Shown here: piece by piece, positions 13,611-26,859 of the stretch | How positions within the stretch are numbered: the stretch's first letter is position 1 | How the letters are laid out: the number at the start of each line of letters is the position of its first letter | NCBI GenBank assembly: GCA_964016885.1 | Contig: OZ024747.1 | Span: 78,430,001-78,494,000 of the forward strand | Direction: 5' to 3' | Origin: Eledone cirrhosa | Taxonomy: Eukaryota | DNA: 64,000 nucleotides | Position numbers and translations under genes: made by a program | Notes under the pieces: model-generated | Database searches by the model: none | The model's input: only the letters and a program-made list of their open reading frames with translations | Told to the model about the DNA's origin: nothing

Positions 13611-13702
13611 ACATATTACATATGTTTCACTGTCGATCAGCTCGAGGAACGATCGATTAATGTTCGATCCTGAATCTGGAATCGGAAGCTCATCAGATAT
13701 GT
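13611..13702 (-). ncRNA. Minimal hammerhead ribozyme, third family
   Basis: Minus strand: ACATAT-CTGATGA-(about 60-nt stem II region)-GAAA-CATATG-TA^-ATATGT, with a palindromic stem III. Lies in an insert of about 220 bp (13565-13780) between (TA)n and (TG)n. Confidence 0.7.
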
Positions 13703-13779
13703 GTTCTCACATGTAGACGCATCGAGTGCTCATCTTGGCATACCGCCTGCGAACGCAATTAATTTGCACCTTTAATACC

Positions 13780-13836
<57 letters not shown>

Positions 13837-14367
13837 ACACGCAAATGCCTGTTGAGTGTAGAAAGATTTTGTTGCTATTTCTAGCATGCCATGCAACTAC
13901 ATAGGTTTATTTATTGGTTCGTGGTTTCCCCGTGTAATATATTGTTTCTACTTTTGGCACAAGGCCAGCAATTACCCCAGTACATTACTGGTACTTTATT
14001 TTATCGACTCCGTAAGGATGAAAGACAAAGTGTAATATATTGCGGTATATTTGGTGTTAACACCTGTAGTGGTTGTTTCAGTAACCACTGTTGTTGTTGT
14101 TGTTGTTGACTTCCTGACATTATTATGTTGTTGTTTAATCTGTTGGTCAACCGTAATCAATGAGGTTCCAGCTATGACCATCACGTTCTATTTTGGACAC
14201 TGTATATCTAGGACTACATCATCAACTGTGTCCTCTAGACAGACACACACAATATCATTCACTTATATAAACACGACTTTCATTCACACAGATATCTCTC
14301 AGTCACATCGTTTCATTCACACACATACATACACAGAGACAGACACGCACACACAGACACACACACA

Positions 14368-14417
<50 letters not shown>

Positions 14418-14449
14418 GACAGACAGACACACACACATACACAGAGACA

Positions 14450-14539
<90 letters not shown>

Positions 14540-15209
14540 GACAGACAGACACAGACACCCGCACAGACACACACACACACACGCAGGCACACACGCAGGC
14601 ACACACACATAGACACACACACACAGACACATACAGACACAGACATACATGCACAGAGACAGACACACACAGACACGCACAGACACACACTCAGACACAC
14701 ACACACACAGACACATAGATACATACACAGACATACACACACAGACACACACAGACACATACACAGACACACACAGACACAGACACATACACACAGACAC
14801 ACACTCTCCCATTCTCTCCCTCTCTCTCACCCCCTCTCTCTCCCCCTATCTCTCTCTTCAATTGTTCCACTAAAGTTCTTAATTTAAATGCCACCAGTTT
14901 TTAATTTGTCCGTTCATATTGTATTTTCATAAACAACAGTCATATGCTTGGTTAATTCAATTACATGAGCCCCTTATATATAATATGTCGCCTTCTGTCA
15001 ATTTAACTCTTAACATCCTGTACCACATGAAACCACATTAGCAAGACATTCTTGAAAAGTACAAAACAATACTATTACTGTATTACGTTAAAATTACATT
15101 CTTGACTGTAAATTTTCACAACAATCTGTCAACTAGCAAAGTTAGCTTGTTCAGAAATGAATTCAGGTTTATAAACATTAACTTTAAAACGACAAATCTC
15201 AGTCCAGAA

Positions 15210-16620
15210 TAAACTGTATTGATCAAAATAAAAACCATTGGAATCTTCACATTTTTGCCAACAAGATACAAGTTTATTTATTCTGGTAACATAGAATTCT
15301 GAAGTTCTGGAGGCGATGAATTCTTCGAAAGTATTTCTGAAAGATTTTCAGTGCAAGAGTAGTGTGGTAGTCAGTTGGTAAAATATCCGTGATGAGGCAG
15401 AATTTCGTAGCCCAATTGGTTCAACTTTTGGAAGGTTGGTTGTACGATGAGTGATCAAGCACTGACATGCAAGGAGATTGGAACTTTTCTACTGACCAAT
15501 GCTGGACACATACAACTGCAATATTTGAAGCCTTTCATCAATTTCATGACAATACTTCTCTGCTGTGATTGTTTCACCAGGTTTCAGAAAGCTGTAGTGG
15601 ATTAATCTGGCTGCGGACCACCAACGAATCACCATGACCTTCTCTTGGGGCAACTTCGTATTTGGTAAGGGTTTAGGAGGAGTTCCACTCGTGCTGAATA
15701 TCATTGATTGTTGTATAGGGTCTACTTTGCATTTCATGTCACAATGCGATCAAGAAAAAGGTAAATTTTTTTCCGCAAAAGAAGCAAAGAGCAGACTTCA
15801 TAACCGCGATTTGTTTTTGGCTTTCGTTCAATTTATGTGGTACCCATTTTTCAATCTTTGACTTTCCAATTTGGTTCAAATGTTCAGAAACTGCTCCATT
15901 GTTTGCATCTAGCTTTCTTGCATCTCTCGAGCAGTTTTGTAAGGTTCTGTGGTAAATCTTTATAATTACCGTGTTGGAGTTGAAAATTACGTTTTTGCTA
16001 TCGTTTTTAGTGTATTTTGAACTTCAAAGACATCGGAAATTATTCCTCTTTTAATAAATTTGTTGTGGACCTTCTGAGTTTTTTTTCAGCCGACTCACTA
16101 TAAATATTGAAATTTATTTTTCCTATAGCTTCTGTGTTTTGAACGAATCTGGCCAACCCCTCCCAGCTAACTAAAAAACGAATAATTTCCGAAGGTTTTA
16201 AAGACCAGGTTTTCCTCCAAAGCAAGACAGATCTAACTGCCGCCACCAGTTAACTAAAAAAAAAAAAATGAATACTTTCCCACGGCTTTGAGATTTATTG
16301 AAAACTTCAAAGAATATAGGAAAAACAAATTTCAGCTCCAACGTGAGGTGGGTGTAATTGTAAAACTTTACCAGATTTTCTTCCACCAAAACCTTCAAAT
16401 TATCGTCGTTACTGACAGAAGGGTGACTGCCACCTTCCTTATCTTCAACAGTGAATTAACCACGACAAAATGTTTGAAACCAACCTTACATTGTGTTTTC
16501 ATTAACACATTTTGGGCCTCAAACTTCATTTATGTTTCTAGTATGTTTTGCAATCTGACAAAAATGCAATTTACATTCAAAATGAATTACATGGAAAGAA
16601 AGAGCATAAAATAAGCCTTA
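15210..16620 (-). pseudogene. Decayed mariner-type transposase remnant, apparently interrupted near 15955-16365
   Basis: PKPLPNTKLPQEKVMVIRWWSAARLIHYSFLKPGETITAEKYCHEIDE matches the mariner DD34D region. Many stops and frameshifts; boundaries approximate. Confidence 0.75.
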
Positions 16621-19279
16621 AAATCATACATAATTCTTCAAAAAATATTTTCTTAAATATATTTTGCTAAATCATTACATGTTGAAAGTTAAACCAATAT
16701 TTCTGTTGTTGTTGTTGTTATTATTGTTGTTCATCTCTAGTCAACTCATGACGTATGACATGTAATGGGTTGAAGGACTTGATACTATCTATAGATTCAT
16801 CACCTCAGATATACGCAGAGGCACACACACAAATACACACACACACATACAAACACAACCACACACACACACAAACACACACACACACCAGCATGTAGTG
16901 GTTTATTGTAGGGTTGTCAGTAAACCACAACCCACAGCTTCATTCCACCCTACCCTCCAACTTCACTCAATATATGACATTACACACAAAAGATTCTTTG
17001 TTTTCCTTATCATTTTTTTTAGTTAGTGAATAACAAAATTCAACATAAAAAAGTCTCATTCTTGCAGGTGTCTCAGATAAATCAAAGGCGGCGAGTTGGC
17101 AGCCATTATAACATCGAATAAAATGCTTCGTATAATTCATTCCGGCTTTCTCAGCACTGAGCTCAAATCTCGCCGAGGTCAACTTTGCCTTTTATCTTTT
17201 TGAGGTCGATAAATAACGTACCAGTCTAGTGCTAGGGTAGATTATTCCCCTATATCCTTTTCTCACTTCCTTTCTCACGTTATCTCTCTTTCTCTTTCGT
17301 TTGAAGAAATCGGTTGTGTTCAGACCTTGACAGGAGATAGACTCCGCCATGTTTAAATCTCTAAGACACGCTGTATATCACTACGGCGTTCCTGCCACTC
17401 AATCAGGAGTTAAGGTCCCATGACAGGGCAAAGGAATCAATGTTTTATATCAGTAATTCCCAAAGTGGGAACTAGGAAACTCAAGAATGGTACTGAAAGG
17501 GAAAAGGATGATGTCGAGGGGCAGGCGTGTTGGTTTTAGTGGTGTTCGTGGGGTTGGTTGTGGTGATGGTGGTGGGGTTGGTTGTGGTGATGGTGGTGGG
17601 GTTGGTTGTTTTGATGGTAGTGGGTTGCTATTAGGTAAGGAATGGTATGGGAGACAAGGGCCAAAGAATACAAATTAGTAGCAGCTCGTAAAACTGTCAC
17701 CTGCAGTCAATAAATGTGTTATTAAAATTTAATTTTTGATGTGTAATTTAAAGTGGAGAACACTGATGAAATATATTATTTTTAAAAGTAGGGAGTAGTT
17801 AAACATTTTCAGAAGCTCTGTTTTATATTAACTCTTAACATCCTATAAGGATTTTGCATAAAATGTCTTTAAAGAAAAAACCAGGTCAGTTTAAATAAGA
17901 TTTTTGCTAGTAGACATCGAACGTCTGCAGTATTAGAGGAAATAATTTAATATTTAATATGATAGTGTCATAGTGCAAAGGGAAATCTCTTCCACTTGGA
18001 AAAACATGAAAGTTTTCCCAGATGTTTTCATGTTAATGAAAGACATTTTATTGCCAAACGTTTTAAATAAAACCATTGAAGTAATTAAAAAAAAATGTTT
18101 CCTTAGCCTTGACGCAGCATGTTTGGATGGTTAAGTTCACTTCGAAAACATAAGGTTCCAAGGTTCGATCCCACTGTATGGAATCTTGAGCAAGTGTCAT
18201 TTACCATAGTTTCGAATTGACCCATGCCATATGAGGGAAATTGGGTAGGCAGAGAGTGTTTGGAAGCGCGTACGATGAACTGAACCTGCAATTGAAACAG
18301 TCAGTCTTATGACACACTTCGTCAGGCTTAATCTCCCCGAGAATTACATTAAAGGTACACGTGTCTATGGAATACTCAGCCACTTACATGTTAATTTCAG
18401 GAGCTGGCCATTCCGTGGCTCGAAGTTGACGATGGTATATTCAATGATCGTGGTTTCGTCTTTTATTCGCTTTGGCCTACAAGACGTAAACTTATTCCCA
18501 ATCCGCCCCCTATATAACCCCAGGTATATTGTCTAGGGTGCAGTGTGACAGTCTGAACATGTTGCAGTCTGGACATGTTGCAGTCTGGACATGTTGCAGT
18601 CTGGACATGTTTCCTAGATCAGCAGTGAATTGCAAATGCATAATAGTATGTGGAGATTTTACATAATGAAAGCTATACCCATTTTCACAAGAGAAGACAT
18701 CTCTCACCCACCCCAAAGTGTGTGGGAGATCTCCCAAGGGGACGGGGAGAATTGACAAGTCTGGAACAAATACTGCAAAGCATTCTATCCGACGTTCTAA
18801 CAACTCATTCGCAAGTATATCTGTTATAGAAACACGTGTCTATAAATTCCTTTCAACTAAACTGTATCCATTCAAATCTTTCTATATATATATATATATA
18901 TGTATGTATATATATACAAACTCTTGAGTGGCCATTATACGCCAGGTCACTCTGAGAGCTACTGGTAATATGCGACCTTTGAAGGATATATGTTTGAACA
19001 TCTGCAAGAGTAGAAACACTATACACATGAATAAATAAATAAATACAAGTAACTTCTCATATCCATTCCTACATACGTGCACATAACACGTGTATACTTA
19101 TGTATATTAATTTATTATTTTTTTCCTTTAAACAGCTCGTTGTCGTTGCTTGTTAATATTAAACATATGTTTGTATTTGAAGTCACGTCAGTGCAGAACG
19201 TAGTTGAAGTGTAGAAACATACATACATATGGATGCATATACATACATACATACATACATACATACATACATACATACA

Positions 19280-19315
<36 letters not shown>

Positions 19316-19705
19316 TGCATGCATTCACACACACACACGTGTATATACACATACACTCACGGCTGCTTGTAGAAACGTGTAACATAGTTCTCATTTTAAC
19401 TACAGAAATATAAATACACTTAGATGTACGCGCGTTCGTACAGTCGCGCTTACACAAATACACGCATGCGCACGATTAAATGATATATGCGGGTGTACGC
19501 AAGCTCATACATTCACACATGCGTGTGTATGTGTTTGTATGCAGTAACCAGTACACACTTGTACCCAAGAGCTTCGTGCAGTTAGCTTTGTTGAAATACT
19601 ATTGCTAGCAAGTTGAACATCCGCGTACAATTCGCAGCCTCCAATATGGCTGACACTGTCTTCATTAAACTTATCTTGTTCACCATATTGTATTGTTGCA
19701 AATGT

Positions 19706-20045
19706 GGGCGCAACAGGGGCTAATGATTAACAAGTTTCCTTCGTAACCATAACGTCCTGGGTTCAATCCCACTGCTTGGCATCTTGGACAAGTGTCATTT
19801 ATTATAGCCTCGGGTCGACCCAAACTTTGTGAATGAAATTGGGTAGAGGGAGACTATCTGGAAGCCCATCGGATGGATTGTACCTGTAATTCAAAGGGCC
19901 AGCCTTTGTCACGCTGAATCTCCCTGTGAATTACGTTAAGGGTACACGTGCCTGTGGAATGCTCAGCCACTTGCAATTAATTCCAGTGTAGGCTGTTCCG
20001 GTGTTCGAACAACTGGAAGAGTGATCGTTGAAATAGACGGAGGTC
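19706..20045 (+). mobile_element. tRNA-derived SINE family B, representative copy
   Basis: B-box GGTTCAATCCC, then CTTGGACAAGTGTCATTT...TACGTTAAGGGTACACGTG.CTGTGGAAT.CTCAGCCACTT. Homologous copies at about 18105-18470(+), 50280-50535(-) and 57860-58410 (split by a microsatellite). Confidence 0.75.
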
Positions 20046-20600
20046 CATTACATAGGTCCCAAGTGATTGTTGTTTACATTGATCCATCTTATTTCCAGCA
20101 AGACTCTCCCCAGAGAAAGTCGCTTTTACTGTTCTGTCTCTCACAAGATGGAAATCTTTGCTGGATTTCTTCCAGTTGACGTTCCGTCAAAAGACATGTC
20201 GTTAAACATATAAGCATGTAGCCCCCATGTGGTAAAATCTTCTGCATTGTTTCCTTTTCTACAACATTTATATTTCTTTTGTTCTTTGTGTCATAGTTTC
20301 ATTCCTTCTTCTTCCGTCGTTTATTAACATTTCTCCTCTTCTCTTCAACAATGTTGTATTTATATTCCCCCTCCTCTCTCTCTCCTCCTCTCTCTTCCCA
20401 TCTCCTCCGCTCTCTTCCCATCTCTCTCTCCCTATCTCTCCCCATCTCCCCCCTCTCCTCATTACTGTATCTTGTTCTTTCGATATATTTTGCATTTTAT
20501 TTTCCCTTCCTTTTCTAATGAATGATTTTCTCTTTCTTATTCTTTTTTTCAAAACACATATATATATAAACATACCCCCCCCCCTTCTCTCTCTCTCTCG

Positions 20601-20634
<34 letters not shown>

Positions 20635-20849
20635 GTTTTTATTTTTGGCACAAGGTCAGCAATTACGAAGTACATTACTGGTACTTTATTTTATCTGACC
20701 CCGTAAAGGCAAAGTTAACCTCGGCGGGATTTGAACTCAGATCATAAAGGGACGTAACTCTATGCTTCAAAGCATGGTGTCCGACTCTCTACCGATACTG
20801 CCAATCCCCCTCCTCTCTCTCTCTCTATATCTATCTATCTATCTATCTA

Positions 20850-21193
<344 letters not shown>

Positions 21194-21231
21194 ATTACAT
21201 AAATGGAAAACTATATTTATAAAACCATATT

Positions 21232-21297
21232 TATTTCATTATATATATTTCGGGGATATCATATTAACAATATGCTATGCCTTCATCAGACAAAATA
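21232..21297 (-). ncRNA. Minimal type I hammerhead ribozyme, array copy 1
   Basis: Minus strand reads TATTTTGT-CTGATGA-aggcatagcatattgttaatatgatatcccc-GAAA-TATATA-TA^-ATGAAATA. Stem I is 8 bp with two G-U pairs, stem II is CATATT/AATATG plus ATA/TAT and GG/CC, stem III is the palindrome TATATA. Predicted cleavage between 21240 and 21239. Confidence 0.8.
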
Positions 21298-21663
21298 CAA
21301 TATAAACAGTTTTATAGATAAATATATTCGACATACCGTAATAAACATCAACTTCATTTGAAGAGGTTCACTCTAGCAGTGAAAATACAGAGAGAAAGAA
21401 AGAGAGAGAGAAAAGAGGGAAATAAGAAAGAAAGAAAGACGAAACGAAGAAAAGGAAGAAAAAGAAGAAAAAGAAGAAATGCATGGGACAAAATAGAGAG
21501 ATGGAAAAAATAGATAAAGCGAAGAGCTTCATGTAAAGAGACCGAAAGAGATATATATATATATAGAGAGAGAGAGGAAATAGAGATAGATACATATATA
21601 AATATAGATATAGAAAAATTAGGTAGTGGGAGGTCATTTTGAGTAAGTGTATCAATGATGCAT

Positions 21664-21698
<35 letters not shown>

Positions 21699-22848
21699 GC
21701 TCAAGTATTAATGTAAGGGAGATATAGAGAGATATAGAGAGATATAGAGAGAGAAAAATTTAAAAATAGCCAGACATATTCGAGGCGTAGAAAACCCTAT
21801 GTTTTAATGTATTAGTATTTATAAAACTTACACTATATTGTAAATATCAGTATTCCTGAATGAAACAAGTATTCACAATGCGTGAAAATTCATTATCTTA
21901 TGTTTAGTTTTTAAAAAAAAAATTCATATGTCTATGTGAATCCAACTGATTCACTCCGCAAATTCAAAGTTACCGGAAAACATTCTCAATGTGGTATAAA
22001 CATTTGAGCGTATTATTATTCTTGCGATTACTCTACAAGATTATCTATCAAGCAGAAATAGAGAGCAGATTTCAATATACTAATCGAAAATATATATTAT
22101 ATTATAAGCAGAGATAACAATAATAATGATAATAAGTAAAAATATATAAAAATATATAAAAATATAAAAATATAGAATAGAAAACTAAAAAAGAATATTA
22201 CGAAAGAATATTACATAATAAAAATATTGCATATTAAAAATACTACGTATTAAAAATATTACGTATTAAAACTTTACATATAAAAATATTAAAAATAAAA
22301 ATAAAATAAAATAAAAAATAAAATAAAAATATAAAAATATTATAGAATACTACAATACTAAAAGAATAAAAATAAAAATAAAAATAAAAATAAAAATAAA
22401 AATAAAAATAAAAATAAAAATAAAAATGAAAATAAAAAATAAAAAATAAAAAATAAAAAAGAAAATAAAAAATAAACCACAAAGAACAACCCTTCAAGGT
22501 TAATTGACAATATATTGCCAAGTTCACTACAAGACAAAGCCAAAAATTATCTATCAAATCACACCTAGCAAGGAATATCGCAAAAAAAAAGATTATGATG
22601 TCCAATAATGTCTACATATGTTCCTATATTTAATATATAAGTTTATCAAGTGTAAGGTTAATTCATAAAATTTGGAGCATCGGCTTTTAGGGTAGCTTAA
22701 TTTTTCATGAGGAATGTTTAGATAAAAAAAATAAATAAAAATAAAAATAAATACAATAAAATAAACAGTAAAAAGAGGGAATCAAAGATTTAGGAATCAA
22801 AAGATTTATCGGCTAGTTCTCATATAAATATAAATCAAACTAAATATA

Positions 22849-25062
22849 CTACATTTTAAATTTAAATTTATATTTAAACGTTGAGTTTAATCTATGTTTG
22901 CAACAACTGAATAAATTTGTCCGTAGGTTAAGGGAATTTTTAGATTTTAGTATAAAGAATATCTCCTCTGCGCAGAGGTCACATGTCTCAGAGGATGAAT
23001 TAAAAGGAATCCCTCTTGAGACTATATTCCAAGCCGTCGAATATCTAACGTTATCTAGCTTAAGTTGCCAGAGTACACCTGATAGTGCCGTTGAAGATTT
23101 TTTATTTGGATCTGTGAAAGAATTCTTGTGGTTATTATAGCGAAGTTTAAATTCCGTCGATGTGGAACCGACGTAGTTAAAAGAATTAGAGTCAGTATTA
23201 ACATTACAATTGTATACTATATTTTTAACTAAGCAGTTGTTATTTAACGGACATTTAGATCTATCTCTACAGTTACATTTGTTAACTTGTATATTATTTA
23301 TGCTATTATCAGTAGGTTTTAAGTTCCTATTATTTATTCTATTAATATTTTGTGCTAAATTTTTGGTGGATGAATAGGTTAATTTAATTGTATGCCTATT
23401 GAAGATTGAGTGGTACCTATGTGTTCTAGGGAAGCGATTATCAAGAGCTTTGAAAAATAATTTAGCGATGTGGGTTTTAATGTTTAGTGAGAAAGGGGGG
23501 GCAAACCAAATTATGTTCCTAGTTCTATTTCTTTTTTGTCCTTTGGAATTATTGTAATGCTTTCTATTATAGTTGTTAATGTTGTTGCCATAATTAAAAA
23601 AGTTGTTACTTTGTTTAGTTTGTTTATCATTATCTATGTACACAATCTTATCAGCATACCCTGCCCTAGCTAGTGCATCATTATAGTATTGGGCCTTTTC
23701 GTCAAAAATCTTTCTATTCGACGAGATCCTAGAGACACGCTTTTGGACTGAGTTTACTATAGTGTTTTTGACAGATCTGGGGTGGTTAGAGTTAAAGTTG
23801 ACATAGTTTAAGTTCTCATTCAACTTGTGAAAAGGATAGTGGAGACATGTGTTGAGATTTAATGTTATATCTAGGAAATTGACTATTCTATGGTTGTTCT
23901 CAATTTCTATTTTAAGGTTAAAGTAATTAAAAAATTTTGTAATTTGTTTACATTTTCTATTTAGTTCAGGGTTATTATTATTAATGAGTAAAAGCATGTC
24001 ATCCCTATATAAACCTCCGGTAGTACCAGGTATTTTCCTATGTAGCGAATTGATTAAAAATAAGCCCACAAGGTCAGTTACTTGAGCTGAGTCGGAAGAT
24101 CCCATAGTTATGTCAAAATTGCTATCTCTATCTGCTCTGGTCCATAATTTGTCATCAAATTCTATCAAAGTTTTCCTAGCCGATAATATAATATGCATTT
24201 CTTTGCTAGTTAGGTCCGTATGTTTGAATGCGTAATTTAGTGCCTTATTTAGTAGACTAGGGGTAATAGAAGAATAATAGTTAGCTATATCAAGTTGAAT
24301 AAACCTATTATTATTGTCATATTTAATTTGCCTAAACCACTCAACAACCTCTCCAGTTCCCTTCCACAAGCTCAGGTTAGATACATAATCCAAGTTCTTA
24401 ATTTGCAGTATCACCCTGTCAAGAATGTTTTTGCTTAATTTGCCCAGGTCCGATTTTGAAGGTGCGATTAATCTAACTGGCAGGTCAATCTCAAAATTCC
24501 TCTTGTGGTCCTTCATATTGATCTTCGGTTTCCTGGGCACGAAAGGTTGTGTTCTGTTCTCAATTTCCAACTCATGCATTATACAAGATGCGTCAACATT
24601 CATTTTCACAAGTTCGGTCTTATCTGCTACCTTGTATTTTTTCCTCAGCTCTTTCAGTATGAGGCCATTATACATGTCTTTCTGCACTCCATAGAGGTTG
24701 TTGGTCTTGTCAGATTTCACCAAGATCTTCTCAGTTTTCTCTAAGCTCTCGATGTTATCCTTAATGCCTTTCAGATATTCCTGGCCTTTAAAGTTTCTCT
24801 TGAATTTGACCCCTTGTATGATAGAAATTATATCGTTTTCAAAGTCAGATAAAAGTTTGTTAGGGGGTGGATTTCTTTTAGATTTGAAAACTTTGTTTAA
24901 GTCCGAGATATTTTCGTCTGCATTAAATTTATCAAAGTGGAATGCACGCCACCTGATTCTCCTTATAAAAGAGTCAGATTTATCTATTAGTTGTTTTACA
25001 AAGTCTTTGTTTCTAGGTAGAGGTATGTCTTTTAGAGAGGAAGTAATCTTAAAGAATTCCAT
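22849..25062 (-). CDS. Penelope-like element polyprotein: reverse transcriptase + C-terminal GIY-YIG endonuclease (Naiad-like), copy 1
   Basis: Uninterrupted 737-aa ORF. RT motifs FIQLDIANYYSSI, MGSSDSAQVTDLVG, GLYRDD, VNFLDITL. Cys linker KCNCRDRSKCPLNNNCL. GIY-YIG-type IVY...YVGSTSTEFKLRYNNH, then CDLCAEE and LN...CCKH. N-terminal SLKDIPLP...FIRRIRWRAFHF resembles the Naiad clade as I recall it. Confidence 0.93.
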   Translation of the reverse strand: MEFFKITSSLKDIPLPRNKDFVKQLIDKSDSFIRRIRWRAFHFDKFNADENISDLNKVFKSKRNPPPNKLLSDFENDIISIIQGVKFKRNFKGQEYLKGIKDNIESLEKTEKILVKSDKTNNLYGVQKDMYNGLILKELRKKYKVADKTELVKMNVDASCIMHELEIENRTQPFVPRKPKINMKDHKRNFEIDLPVRLIAPSKSDLGKLSKNILDRVILQIKNLDYVSNLSLWKGTGEVVEWFRQIKYDNNNRFIQLDIANYYSSITPSLLNKALNYAFKHTDLTSKEMHIILSARKTLIEFDDKLWTRADRDSNFDITMGSSDSAQVTDLVGLFLINSLHRKIPGTTGGLYRDDMLLLINNNNPELNRKCKQITKFFNYFNLKIEIENNHRIVNFLDITLNLNTCLHYPFHKLNENLNYVNFNSNHPRSVKNTIVNSVQKRVSRISSNRKIFDEKAQYYNDALARAGYADKIVYIDNDKQTKQSNNFFNYGNNINNYNRKHYNNSKGQKRNRTRNIIWFAPPFSLNIKTHIAKLFFKALDNRFPRTHRYHSIFNRHTIKLTYSSTKNLAQNINRINNRNLKPTDNSINNIQVNKCNCRDRSKCPLNNNCLVKNIVYNCNVNTDSNSFNYVGSTSTEFKLRYNNHKNSFTDPNKKSSTALSGVLWQLKLDNVRYSTAWNIVSRGIPFNSSSETCDLCAEEIFFILKSKNSLNLRTNLFSCCKHRLNSTFKYKFKFKM

Positions 25063-25241
25063 TTTTCAGTTATAATATAAAGCGCTCAACAGTATTGGAG
25101 CAAGATACATGTAAAGTTATATTTAAAATTGTTGGGTTACAACTAGTAAATATTTATAACTGATATAAAAGCACTCGACAAATACTTGGAGTATATTTAC
25201 AATATTACATAAATGGAAAACTATATTTATAAAACCATATT

Positions 25242-25307
25242 TATTTCATTATATATATTTCGGGGATATCATATTAACAATATGCTATGCCTTCATCAGA
25301 CAAAATA
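25242..25307 (-). ncRNA. Minimal hammerhead ribozyme, array copy 2
   Basis: Identical to 21232-21297; predicted cleavage site about 190 nt upstream of the ATG at 25062. Confidence 0.8.
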
Positions 25308-25673
25308 CAATATAAACAGTTTTATAGATAAATATATTCGACATACCGTAATAAACATCAACTTCATTTGAAGAGGTTCACTCTAGCAGTGAAAATACAG
25401 AGAGAAAGAAAGAGAGAGAGAAAAGAGGGAAATAAGAAAGAAAGAAAGACGAAACGAAGAAAAGGAAGAAAAAGAAGAAAAAGAAGAAATGCATGGGACA
25501 AAATAGAGAGATGGAAAAAATAGATAAAGCGAAGAGCTTCATGTAAAGAGACCGAAAGAGATATATATATATATAGAGAGAGAGAGGAAATAGAGATAGA
25601 TACATATATAAATATAGATATAGAAAAATTAGGTAGTGGGAGGTCATTTTGAGTAAGTGTATCAATGATGCAT

Positions 25674-25708
<35 letters not shown>

Positions 25709-26859
25709 GCTCAAGTATTAATGTAAGGGAGATATAGAGAGATATAGAGAGATATAGAGAGAGAAAAATTTAAAAATAGCCAGACATATTCGAGGCGTAG
25801 AAAACCCTATGTTTTAATGTATTAGTATTTATAAAACTTACACTATATTGTAAATATCAGTATTCCTGAATGAAACAAGTATTCACAATGCGTGAAAATT
25901 CATTATCTTATGTTTAGTTTTTAAAAAAAAAAATTCATATGTCTATGTGAATCCAACTGATTCACTCCGCAAATTCAAAGTTACCGGAAAACATTCTCAA
26001 TGTGGTATAAACATTTGAGCGTATTATTATTCTTGCGATTACTCTACAAGATTATCTATCAAGCAGAAATAGAGAGCAGATTTCAATATACTAATCGAAA
26101 ATATATATTATATTATAAGCAGAGATAACAATAATAATGATAATAAGTAAAAATATATAAAAATATATAAAAATATAAAAATATAGAATAGAAAACTAAA
26201 AAAGAATATTACGAAAGAATATTACATAATAAAAATATTGCATATTAAAAATACTACGTATTAAAAATATTACGTATTAAAACTTTACATATAAAAATAT
26301 TAAAAATAAAAATAAAATAAAATAAAAAATAAAATAAAAATATAAAAATATTATAGAATACTACAATACTAAAAGAATAAAAATAAAAATAAAAATAAAA
26401 ATAAAAATAAAAATAAAAATAAAAATAAAAATAAAAATGAAAATAAAAAATAAAAAATAAAAAATAAAAAAGAAAATAAAAAATAAACCACAAAGAACAA
26501 CCCTTCAAGGTTAATTGACAATATATTGCCAAGTTCACTACAAGACAAAGCCAAAAATTATCTATCAAATCACACCTAGCAAGGAATATCGCAAAAAAAA
26601 AGATTATGATGTCCAATAATGTCTACATATGTTCCTATATTTAATATATAAGTTTATCAAGTGTAAGGTTAATTCATAAAATTTGGAGCATCGGCTTTTA
26701 GGGTAGCTTAATTTTTCATGAGGAATGTTTAGATAAAAAAAATAAATAAAAATAAAAATAAATACAATAAAATAAACAGTAAAAAGAGGGAATCAAAGAT
26801 TTAGGAATCAAAAGATTTATCGGCTAGTTCTCATATAAATATAAATCAAACTAAATATA

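Noticed and set aside
22849-25062. Selenoprotein-type Naiad ORF (in-frame TGA plus SECIS)
   Set aside because: The ORF is continuous through the endonuclease with ordinary Cys codons and ends in TAG; I could not identify a SECIS by eye.
21368-25075. Small ORFs in and antisense to the array unit (95, 120, 61, 80, 89, 79, 125 aa)
   Set aside because: They are low-complexity UTR translations or antisense shadows, repeated only because the unit is repeated.
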